Below, piece after piece: positions 1 to 8,498 of a stretch of DNA of 41,753 bases. Below the pieces are notes generated by a model. The model saw nothing but the letters and a program-made list of their open reading frames with translations, was not told the DNA's origin and ran no database searches. The stretch's first letter is position 1, and the number at the start of each line of letters is the position of its first letter. Source of the stretch: an uncultured euryarchaeote. GTDB lineage: Archaea; Thermoplasmatota; Poseidoniia; Poseidoniales; Poseidoniaceae. Made by a program: the position numbers and the translations under genes. The DNA lies in contig CALBRH010000022.1 in the NCBI GenBank assembly GCA_937899865.1, positions 1 through 41,753 of the forward strand, read 5' to 3'.

Positions 1-45
1 CATTGCCGATAGTGAATTTTTAACACGTCTTGGAATAGAATGAAA

Positions 46-2028
46 TCATCCATGTCTACCAAAATGGTGGTCTAATGAATCGATGTTTATTCGAAGAGCA
101 GTAGGCCTTCCATGAACACAAGCCCAGGGGTTTGGAATTCTTTTCATATCCTCGATTAAGCGACGCATTTCAGAGATAGTCAACTTTTCATTTGCCTTTA
201 CAGCTCCCCGGCATGCATTCATAAACGCAATATGATCTCTAAGTTTGTCTAAAGTTTCAAGTGGTGCGCCGTCTTCTGATAAATCTTGTAATAAATCTTT
301 GAAGATATGTTCTATATCTTGTCCTTTTACAAATAATGGGTGAGATAAAATAGTAACTTTATTTTTATCTAATGAAACATTAAAACCCATCTCAGACAAT
401 TGTTCTATAGAGCCATGAACAACTTGTGTTTGAACTGGTGTGATATCAATTTCAATAGGTGCAATCAAACTTTGAGCAACCCAATGTTGATCAGACTGTT
501 TTAATCTTTCATATCTCACTCTTTCATGTAAGGCATGTTGGTCAATAAGCAACAATTCTTGATTTGATTGTACAATGATGTATGAATCAGCAAACTGTGA
601 TAGTGGCTCCATATGTCCTAAAGAATTTATTTCTCCAAGCAACTCTTCCTCTTCTAAAGGCGATGTTGAGACACCATTGTGGGAGTGTCTATGTAAGTCT
701 CTTTCAGCAATTGAAAGAGCTGGAGAAATTGGTTTTGTAGGTAATCCTGGAAGAGTTTCTTGGGGTGTTTCAGATTTAGATATTGGACGAGATTTTTCTT
801 CTTTTTGCGGTTGTTCTGCTTGAATACCTGCTAAGTTCAATTGGGTTCCAGCAGCAATTGCCCAAGCAGGTACAGCGTTTTGTTTATTGTTAGTCATGGT
901 ATTGTTTGAATCTAATTCATTGTCGTTTGAATTATCAAAAAGCGAGTCTTGAATTGGTTTTACATTTTTATTCAACGATGATAAACCAATAATACTGCCA
1001 TCAGTTTCTGGTTCAGTAGCAACATTTTCTAAGGTATGAGCAATCGCTCTCTCCAATCTCTCCAAAACTCTCCAAGAGTGTTTTAATCTAACTTCTCTCT
1101 TGGTAGGGTGAACATTTACATCTACTTCTGAGGCAGGTATTTTTAGAGATAGAACTGCTACTGGATGCCTTCCTTGCATAAGTCTGGTTTTGTAACCTCT
1201 TCTTATCGCTTGATGAAAAGGTCCTGAAGCAACCGGTCTGTCATTAATTAAAATATACACTTCATCGCCCTTACCTCTCGTTATATCTGGTGTACTAATC
1301 CAGCCAGACCAATTTTCAGTCCCTGGTGCTTCATGATCTTGACTTGGAGATTTCAACTCAATTAGTTGTGATGCCTGGCCTCCAAGGATATCGTATAATC
1401 TATCAGCAGTTGTACTAGATGTTGGAATATTCAAAATCGTTTTTTCATCAGATATTAACTTGAAACCAACTTCATTATTTGATATCGCATGAGAAACAAT
1501 TACATCGACAATTTTTGCATTTTCAGTTGCAGGCCTTCTTTGGAATGATAGTCTTGCAGGAGTATTTTTGAAAATATTTTTCACTGATACAGTGGTTCCA
1601 AAAGACATACCATGAGATTCTACATCACCCTTTTTTCCAAAGTTAACAGAAATACTTTTTCCATCACTATCTCTAGTTTTACTTGCAACATTTAATTCAG
1701 AAACCATCCCGATACTTGCTAATGCTTCACCTCTAAAGCCCATAGTGTAAATCTCATTTAAGTCACTGAATGAACTAAGTTTGGAAGTTGCATGCCGATC
1801 TACTGAAAGTGGTATATCTTCGCTAGAAATACCTGAGCCGTTGTCGATTATTGTTATCGAATCAAAACCACCTCGCTCAATAATTACATCTATTTGTGTT
1901 GCTTGTGCATCAAGACTGTTTTCTAGCAATTCTTTGACAACTTGGGCAGGTCTTTCTACAACTTCTCCAGCAGCAATATGACCTATTGTTTCGTCATCAA
2001 GCTGTTGTATTTTCCCTACCTTTATCAT
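46..2028 (-). CDS. mutL: DNA mismatch repair endonuclease MutL
   Basis: GHKL ATPase motifs (VVERPAQVVKELLENSLDA, DNGSGI, GFRGEAL), DVNVHPTKREV, endonuclease motifs DQHALHERVRYE, ACR and CVHGRP. Start moved to ATG 2028, downstream of SD AGGTGA (ORF track starts at 2037). Confidence 0.97.
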   Translation of the reverse strand: MIKVGKIQQLDDETIGHIAAGEVVERPAQVVKELLENSLDAQATQIDVIIERGGFDSITIIDNGSGISSEDIPLSVDRHATSKLSSFSDLNEIYTMGFRGEALASIGMVSELNVASKTRDSDGKSISVNFGKKGDVESHGMSFGTTVSVKNIFKNTPARLSFQRRPATENAKIVDVIVSHAISNNEVGFKLISDEKTILNIPTSSTTADRLYDILGGQASQLIELKSPSQDHEAPGTENWSGWISTPDITRGKGDEVYILINDRPVASGPFHQAIRRGYKTRLMQGRHPVAVLSLKIPASEVDVNVHPTKREVRLKHSWRVLERLERAIAHTLENVATEPETDGSIIGLSSLNKNVKPIQDSLFDNSNDNELDSNNTMTNNKQNAVPAWAIAAGTQLNLAGIQAEQPQKEEKSRPISKSETPQETLPGLPTKPISPALSIAERDLHRHSHNGVSTSPLEEEELLGEINSLGHMEPLSQFADSYIIVQSNQELLLIDQHALHERVRYERLKQSDQHWVAQSLIAPIEIDITPVQTQVVHGSIEQLSEMGFNVSLDKNKVTILSHPLFVKGQDIEHIFKDLLQDLSEDGAPLETLDKLRDHIAFMNACRGAVKANEKLTISEMRRLIEDMKRIPNPWACVHGRPTALRINIDSLDHHFGRHG

Positions 2029-2029
2029 A

Positions 2030-4663
2030 TCAATCACCTAGCAAAGATTTTGCTTCATATAATGCATCCATAGCATCTTTTGGAGACATTTCATCCAAAT
2101 CTAAATGGCTTAAAAATTTGAATAATTCAGTATCTTCTAACGATGTAAGTTTTTGCTCACCTTGAGATTTAGCCAATGAAGCTGCTGCGAAATAACTCAT
2201 CAAACTGGTTTGTCCTAAATCTCTTGCAGTAGGGGATGAAGAATCCCCTGCTTTAGCACCATATGCTTGTTTTTCAAGGAATTGTAGTAAATCTGTCGCC
2301 CTTTCAACAACACTTCTTGGTAATCCTGCAAGAGCAGCAACTTGGATTCCATATGATTCATCACACGGACCGTCGGCAATTGTATGTAAGAATTTTAACT
2401 TACCATCTACATGAGATACTTGAACGTGGATATTCTTGAGAATCTCAATATCACCTTCTAAACCAACAAGTTGGTGATAATGGGTAGCGAATAAAGTTCT
2501 GCATTGGATTCTATTACAGATGTCTTCTGTAACAGACCATGCGATAGACAAGCCATCAAAAGTTGAGGTTCCACGACCGATTTCATCCAATAATACCAAT
2601 GAATTATTTGTTGCTTTTCGTAGAATATGGGCAACTTCAATCATTTCCATCATAAATGTCGAACGGCCCCTTTTCAAATCATCACTGGCGCCAACTCTGG
2701 TAAATATTCTATCAACTAAACCTAATTTTGCAGATTCAGCAGGAACATAACTACCAGATTGCGCTAAAATAGATAATAATGCTGCAGTTCTTAGATAGGT
2801 TGATTTTCCACCCATATTAGGTCCAGTTATCAACAAAAACCGATTTTTCTTATCCATTGTGATATCATTAGCTACAAAACCATGATTTTGCTCCAATACA
2901 GGATGTCTTGATTGTTTTATGCTGATTGTAGAATCATCGACCATCTTTGGCTTATTCCAATTTCTTTTTCGTGCAACAGTTGCAAAGCATTGGAGTACAT
3001 CGATTGCCGCAACTTTACCAGCAATATTTGCTAAACGTATAGATTCAATTCTACATTTATCTCTTAAATTTTGAAACAATGTATATTCTAATTGTTTTAT
3101 TTTTGAATCAGCAGTCATTAGCAGATCATCTCTTTCAACAATCTCTTCAGTGGTAAATCTTGAACCATTGGTCATTTGTTGTTTTCTAATCCAACTTTCA
3201 GGGACCTTTTCCAAATGTGAATTTGTTACTTCAATAAACCATCCTATTTGTCGATTTGTTCTAACTTTTAGTGAAGGTATTTCCAATTCCTTTCGCAACT
3301 TTGATTCGAGTTCCTTGAACCATTCGTATCCCTTTGATGATATTACTCTTAAGTCATCTAATTCTGAATTAACTCCATCTCTAATAATCCCACCATCTCT
3401 CAAACTAAGGGGTAATTCATCCTTCAAAGTTCGGATAATATCTTCAGCCATATCTGATAAACAAGTCAAATCTTCGCTAAGATGAGATAATAATAAATCA
3501 TTAGTTTCTGAGCAAAGTTGCATTATGGCTGGCATTCTTTCAAGTGCTAATGCAGTAGCGAGTAAATCTCTAGCATTACTTCGGTTGTATGCTAATTGAG
3601 TTGATAATCTTTCAAGGTCTCTTAATCCTGCTAGACTTTGACGTAACATGTCCAATCTTTTTGAAGAAGATTTCAAAATCTTTACCGCGTTATGCCTTAA
3701 TTCAATAGCATCTAATTGGTATAGCGGTCTTAATAACCAAGTTTTCATCAATCTTCTACCCATTGCAGTTCGACAAAAATTCATACTCGAAATCAGACTT
3801 CCTTCATACTCTCCAGATAATGTGCTGGTTATCTCTAGATTTCTCAAGGTAGTTTGATCAACTACTAAATGTCCAGTTTCTTCAACAATTTGCAAATCAC
3901 GTATTGGTATATTATCTTTGAAATGGACTTCAGCGAGGTAATCTGCTGCAAATCCTGCAGCTTCTATTGATAATGGAGAGTTATCCAAGTCTAAATGACC
4001 CAAATCAGATACTTCAAGTATTGATTCTAGTCTTTCAATACGACGCTTTTTGTTAACACTATGCTGGGAAATAACACAATCTCCTAGATTGGCAAATATT
4101 GCACATAGGTCATCGTTTTCAGCATCCTTTGGGGAAATAATTATTTCAGCAGGATTCCATCTCAATAATTCATCTTCTAAACTACTAAATCGTTCATTAT
4201 CATTCCAAGTAGATGCCCATGATTCTCCAGTGGATGAATCAATAACTGCCATACTAAGGGAAGATTTTGCCAAAACGATTGAACTTAGAACCGACCTATC
4301 ATTAGTTGATAACAAAGACTCTTCATACAAACTTCCAGGAGTATAAATTCTAGTAACTACTCTTTCGAGTAATTTAGCTCCTTCTCGTAATTCTTGCTCC
4401 TGTTCTGCAACAGTAACTTTGAATCCTGATTTTAGCATTGTCTTTAGATTATCTTCTAGAGCATGCCAAGGAAATCCAGCCATAGGAATTGGATTTTCTG
4501 CATTTTTGTCTCTCGATGTCAAAGCAAGTCCTAGAACAGGTGCAGCGATTTCAGCATCTTCATGGAATAATTCATAGAAATCTCCCATCCTAAAGAACAG
4601 AATTGTACCAGGATGTTCATGCTTAATTTCCATGAATTGATCCATCATCGTTCTCTTCGACAA
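2030..4663 (-). CDS. mutS: DNA mismatch repair protein MutS (MutS1)
   Basis: FFRMGDFYELF mismatch-binding motif, Walker A TGPNMGGKSTY, STFMMEM, DEIGRGTSTFDG, FATHYHQL. Likely start is TTG 4663, 7 nt after GGAGGT (ORF track uses GTG 4672, which lies inside the SD). Confidence 0.97.
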   Translation of the reverse strand: MSKRTMMDQFMEIKHEHPGTILFFRMGDFYELFHEDAEIAAPVLGLALTSRDKNAENPIPMAGFPWHALEDNLKTMLKSGFKVTVAEQEQELREGAKLLERVVTRIYTPGSLYEESLLSTNDRSVLSSIVLAKSSLSMAVIDSSTGESWASTWNDNERFSSLEDELLRWNPAEIIISPKDAENDDLCAIFANLGDCVISQHSVNKKRRIERLESILEVSDLGHLDLDNSPLSIEAAGFAADYLAEVHFKDNIPIRDLQIVEETGHLVVDQTTLRNLEITSTLSGEYEGSLISSMNFCRTAMGRRLMKTWLLRPLYQLDAIELRHNAVKILKSSSKRLDMLRQSLAGLRDLERLSTQLAYNRSNARDLLATALALERMPAIMQLCSETNDLLLSHLSEDLTCLSDMAEDIIRTLKDELPLSLRDGGIIRDGVNSELDDLRVISSKGYEWFKELESKLRKELEIPSLKVRTNRQIGWFIEVTNSHLEKVPESWIRKQQMTNGSRFTTEEIVERDDLLMTADSKIKQLEYTLFQNLRDKCRIESIRLANIAGKVAAIDVLQCFATVARKRNWNKPKMVDDSTISIKQSRHPVLEQNHGFVANDITMDKKNRFLLITGPNMGGKSTYLRTAALLSILAQSGSYVPAESAKLGLVDRIFTRVGASDDLKRGRSTFMMEMIEVAHILRKATNNSLVLLDEIGRGTSTFDGLSIAWSVTEDICNRIQCRTLFATHYHQLVGLEGDIEILKNIHVQVSHVDGKLKFLHTIADGPCDESYGIQVAALAGLPRSVVERATDLLQFLEKQAYGAKAGDSSSPTARDLGQTSLMSYFAAASLAKSQGEQKLTSLEDTELFKFLSHLDLDEMSPKDAMDALYEAKSLLGD

Positions 4664-4758
4664 CCTAGTCACCTCCTATCGCAGGATTTAACCGTCGTAG
4701 ACCGTAGCAAATGAAGGTTGTCAAGACATTCTTTGATATGTCGATATTTAATCAGTAA

Positions 4759-5946
4759 TTATTGTTTGAACTTGTCAATAACATTTACTCCCATTATGGT
4801 GAACATAATCAGTGAAACAATTATGAATGCTAAATTTAAGAATCCACTTCCAGATTCTATAGAACCAACTGCTGAAGTGTCAAATGTCAAAACCTTTGGA
4901 TTTCCATTATCATCTATACCATGTAGATAGATAGTTGTGCCATCAAAACCACTTGCTTCGATATCGATTGGAATGCTATGTGGGAGAGTTTCAACATCCC
5001 AAGAATCTTCATCAAAGCGCAATACTGATTTTGAATCTTTATTATTGAACAACCAAGCACTATTACACTTATCCGATATTGCTGCAACACTTGAATAATC
5101 AATATTTTTTATATCGTTAGTTTGATGGTTAAACAAGACTGTTTCATGAGTTCCAGCAATAATTACTTGATTGTGATTTAATTTTATAGTTGAATGATAT
5201 TCTCCATATTCACCGATTTGTAGGCTATCGACCATTGGAGCAGTATATCCTCCGTTCCAAAGAATAATGCCCCAAGCCGGTCTTAAATTTGGTGCTGCAG
5301 GACTTTGATCTCCTGAAGTGGCAGGTGCGTTATATGTGCCGGTGGCAAGCCATTTTTGCTCACCAATATGCATCAAATTTTGCCAATTCACATTCTCATC
5401 ATTTGGAGTATTGGAACTTGTTAAACCACTTGAGTTAAATCCTCTAATGCTTTGTTGATTTTCGCTTTCTCTAGTTATCATTAGATATTGTTGAGAATCA
5501 CTCGATGATTGCTCAATGTTTGAAACAGAGAAATTGTCTTCGCCAAAATTAGTTTCAAAAGTGAATATGTTTGAACCATCGATAAGAATAACATCAGATT
5601 GTAATGAACTGATTAATACACTATCATTATCTAATGTTGTAACATGAGATATACTACTTGCATCATATTCAGAATTTGAATCAATTAATTTATTCATTTT
5701 TCCTGAATTCATAGATACGAATTCATAAGTTCCGTCGATGTATGTTAAAATGAAAGAATTGTCCTTATCGATATAATGTGACTCCATTATTCTGTTATCC
5801 GTGCCAAGTTCATTTTCAGTTAAGTCAATACCAGGTAAATGGCTGGTTCCTTTGATAAAAAATGCACCGATTATGATGAATACAAAGAATGCAGAGATAG
5901 CAAGCCATTGGTGTTCAGACTCTTGTTGAAGCATCTTTCTCCACAT
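4759..5946 (-). CDS. Hypothetical membrane-anchored protein (N- and C-terminal TM, Ser/Asn/Asp-rich extracellular part, possibly beta-propeller)
   Basis: 395-aa ORF with SD-like CAGGTG; hydrophobic segments at about aa 14-31 and 368-388; no recognised family. Confidence 0.8.
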   Translation of the reverse strand: MWRKMLQQESEHQWLAISAFFVFIIIGAFFIKGTSHLPGIDLTENELGTDNRIMESHYIDKDNSFILTYIDGTYEFVSMNSGKMNKLIDSNSEYDASSISHVTTLDNDSVLISSLQSDVILIDGSNIFTFETNFGEDNFSVSNIEQSSSDSQQYLMITRESENQQSIRGFNSSGLTSSNTPNDENVNWQNLMHIGEQKWLATGTYNAPATSGDQSPAAPNLRPAWGIILWNGGYTAPMVDSLQIGEYGEYHSTIKLNHNQVIIAGTHETVLFNHQTNDIKNIDYSSVAAISDKCNSAWLFNNKDSKSVLRFDEDSWDVETLPHSIPIDIEASGFDGTTIYLHGIDDNGNPKVLTFDTSAVGSIESGSGFLNLAFIIVSLIMFTIMGVNVIDKFKQ

Positions 5947-6095
5947 CTAAAACACCTGCCCCGCAAGCATAGGTTAGAATATCTAGCATTTTATTGTTCC
6001 AGCGTATATAGGCAATTTTCTTTATTTAACGAATTGTAGTCATGCGGAGAAGTCATAAAGGGAACATGATTCGCAGGAGTGCTTGGAGGTATAAC

Positions 6096-6635
6096 ATGGC
6101 ACGTAAACCAGCATCAATGTATCGAAGATTGAAGGGTCCTGCATATACTAGACGCAAGTATATCGGTGGTGTTCCTAATAACAGAATTCACCAATTCCAT
6201 GTTGGTAACCGCCGTGCGGCAGAAACTGGCCAATTCTCAGTAGTTGTCGAGTTGATTTCTAATACAGACTGCCAAATTCGACATACTGCTTTGGAAGCAG
6301 CTCGTGTTATCTCAAATTCTACAATTAGAAAAGAAGCAGGTGCTCAAGGATATGCTTTGAGAGTTCACACTTATCCACACCATGTACTTAGAGAAAACAA
6401 ACAAGCAACTGGTGCAGGTGCTGACCGTGTTTCTCAAGGTATGAGATGTGCTTTTGGAAAGAATGTTGGTACTGCTGCTAGAGTAAAGAGAGGACAAAGA
6501 GTTATTTCGATCCAAGTCAGTCCAGAGTATTATTTGACTGCAAGAGATGCTTTGAGAAAGGCAAGCATGAAATTCCCAACTCCTTGTACAATCAAACTAA
6601 TCAAAGGTCATGAGCATCTCAAAGGTTTAATTTGA
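6096..6635 (+). CDS. rpl10e: 50S ribosomal protein L10e (uL16)
   Basis: MARKPASMYR, ALEAARV, YPHHVLRENKQATGAGADRVSQGMR, KFP motif. Start ATG 6096 follows GGAGGT. Confidence 0.97.
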   Translation: MARKPASMYRRLKGPAYTRRKYIGGVPNNRIHQFHVGNRRAAETGQFSVVVELISNTDCQIRHTALEAARVISNSTIRKEAGAQGYALRVHTYPHHVLRENKQATGAGADRVSQGMRCAFGKNVGTAARVKRGQRVISIQVSPEYYLTARDALRKASMKFPTPCTIKLIKGHEHLKGLI

Positions 6636-6717
6636 TTGAATCAAATTACCAATTTTGCTCTACATTGATAGAGTATTTGAAAAGTGTAATACTAATAGGT
6701 AAATATGAGGGGATATT

Positions 6718-8490
6718 ATGCGTATTGCAGTCTTAATTGAAGACCGTTGCAAGCCCAACAGCAATGCGTTTGAATATCTCAAAAAATGGGCCGGCTCATG
6801 TAGTGGCGAGTGCATACAGGTTATTGGTGAAAAAATCAAGATTTTGGAAAGCGCATGTCCACCTTGTATCGTTAGAGCTAAACACTGCCCAGATGATGCA
6901 GTAGTAATTATCAATCTGCCATCAGAACTGGAAACAGATATGATTCATCGTTATTCATTAAATGGCTTTAGACTCTTCAAATTACCAACTCCATCTAAAG
7001 ATAGTGTTGTAGGGATACTAGGGCCTAATGGAATGGGTAAGTCTACAGCAATCAATGCTTTATCGGGTCGAATAGTGCCAAATTTAGGTGATTGGTCTAA
7101 CAAAACACCAGATTGGGAAGACATTATCGAAATACTGCCTAGAGGCGAGTTAAGAGATTTTTTAATTGCGGTAAAAGATCAGAAAATCAAAATCGCAGTA
7201 AAGCCTCAAAATGTCGATAAGATTCCAAAAAGAATAGATGGCACTGTTGGTGAAATGTTGTCCAAAGTTGATGAAAGAGGAATCTTTGAGGAAATTACAA
7301 AGGAATTAGGATTGTATCACTTACTTGAACGTAAAGTAAAGGAATTGTCTGGTGGAGAATTACAGAGAATGGCAATTTGTGCTACATTGATGAAGGAAGC
7401 AGATGTTTACTTTTTCGATGAACCATCATCATATCTTGATATTCATCAAAGGATGAATATAGTAAAAATTATTCAAAAATTATCTCTTACTAAAAGAGTA
7501 ATAGTAATTGAACACGATCTAGCGGTTTTAGATGTATTAGCCGATTTAGTTCATATCGTATATGGTAAAAAAGGAGCATTTGGTGTTTTTACTCCTGCTA
7601 GAACAACTAGACAAGCAATTAACGCATATCTGGATGGTTATCTAACCGAACAAAATGTTAGAATAAGAAGCAAACCAATAAAATTCTTACTTCATAGAGA
7701 TAGAAATACATCTGCAGGAAATCAGATTCTTTCATGGGGAGATTTGGAAAAAACCCTCGGAACTTTTAGTTTCAATGCTGAAGATGGTTCTTTACATAGA
7801 GGCGAAGTTGTTGGAGTAGTTGGTCCAAATGGGACAGGCAAATCAACTATGATGAAAATACTCGCAGGATTAATCGAATATGATAATGGATGGGTTACAG
7901 ATAAACCATCTGTATCTTACAAACCTCAACATATTGACGTTGATATGGATTGTAGTGTACAATTATGGTTGGATAGTGAAATTGGTGCGAAATGGCGCAG
8001 TGGAGAATTCAATGTTAATGTGATAAAAGCCTTAGGTGTTGATCAATTATTGCCTAAGCGAGTAAAGAAGTTGTCTGGTGGTGAAAGACAAGCCGTTTCT
8101 ATCGCAATCTGTCTTGGAAGAGATGCTGATTTGTATTTATTGGATGAACCATCTGCGCATTTAGATGCGAATGCCAGGATGGAAGCAGCTAAAGCGATTA
8201 GGCGAACAATGGAATCCAATGAAAAATCAGCATTAGTTATAGACCATGACGTATATTTCATTGACATACTTAGTGATTCACTATTGGTCTTTGACGGAGT
8301 TGGTGGCCAGCATGGGAAAGCGACTGGACCATACCCTCTTCGAGAAGGAATGAATCAATTTTTGAAGGATGTAAATATTACCTTTAGAAGAGATCACGAT
8401 TCAAAACGCCCAAGAATAAACAAACCAGAAAGTAGGAAAGATAGGGAGCAACAATCCTTAGGAGATTACTACTCATTCGATTCACGTTAG
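6718..8490 (+). CDS. rli: Ribosome recycling ATPase ABCE1/RLI
   Basis: N-terminal Cys-rich domain; YSLNGFRLFKLP; two Walker A motifs (GPNGMGKST, GPNGTGKST); two LSGGE signatures; DEPS Walker B; RPRINK hinge. Confidence 0.96.
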   Translation: MRIAVLIEDRCKPNSNAFEYLKKWAGSCSGECIQVIGEKIKILESACPPCIVRAKHCPDDAVVIINLPSELETDMIHRYSLNGFRLFKLPTPSKDSVVGILGPNGMGKSTAINALSGRIVPNLGDWSNKTPDWEDIIEILPRGELRDFLIAVKDQKIKIAVKPQNVDKIPKRIDGTVGEMLSKVDERGIFEEITKELGLYHLLERKVKELSGGELQRMAICATLMKEADVYFFDEPSSYLDIHQRMNIVKIIQKLSLTKRVIVIEHDLAVLDVLADLVHIVYGKKGAFGVFTPARTTRQAINAYLDGYLTEQNVRIRSKPIKFLLHRDRNTSAGNQILSWGDLEKTLGTFSFNAEDGSLHRGEVVGVVGPNGTGKSTMMKILAGLIEYDNGWVTDKPSVSYKPQHIDVDMDCSVQLWLDSEIGAKWRSGEFNVNVIKALGVDQLLPKRVKKLSGGERQAVSIAICLGRDADLYLLDEPSAHLDANARMEAAKAIRRTMESNEKSALVIDHDVYFIDILSDSLLVFDGVGGQHGKATGPYPLREGMNQFLKDVNITFRRDHDSKRPRINKPESRKDREQQSLGDYYSFDSR

Positions 8491-8498
8491 GTGATATT

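Noticed and set aside
1-45. Start of a minus-strand gene at position 3
   Set aside because: Only a CAT triplet at the window edge; nothing can be verified.
6042-6095. N-terminal extensions given by the ORF track (rpl10e here; likewise etfB, sucC, sucD, tpiA, purF, DUF5611-like)
   Set aside because: Downstream starts have SD motifs and match the family N-termini; the extensions are read-through of open frames.
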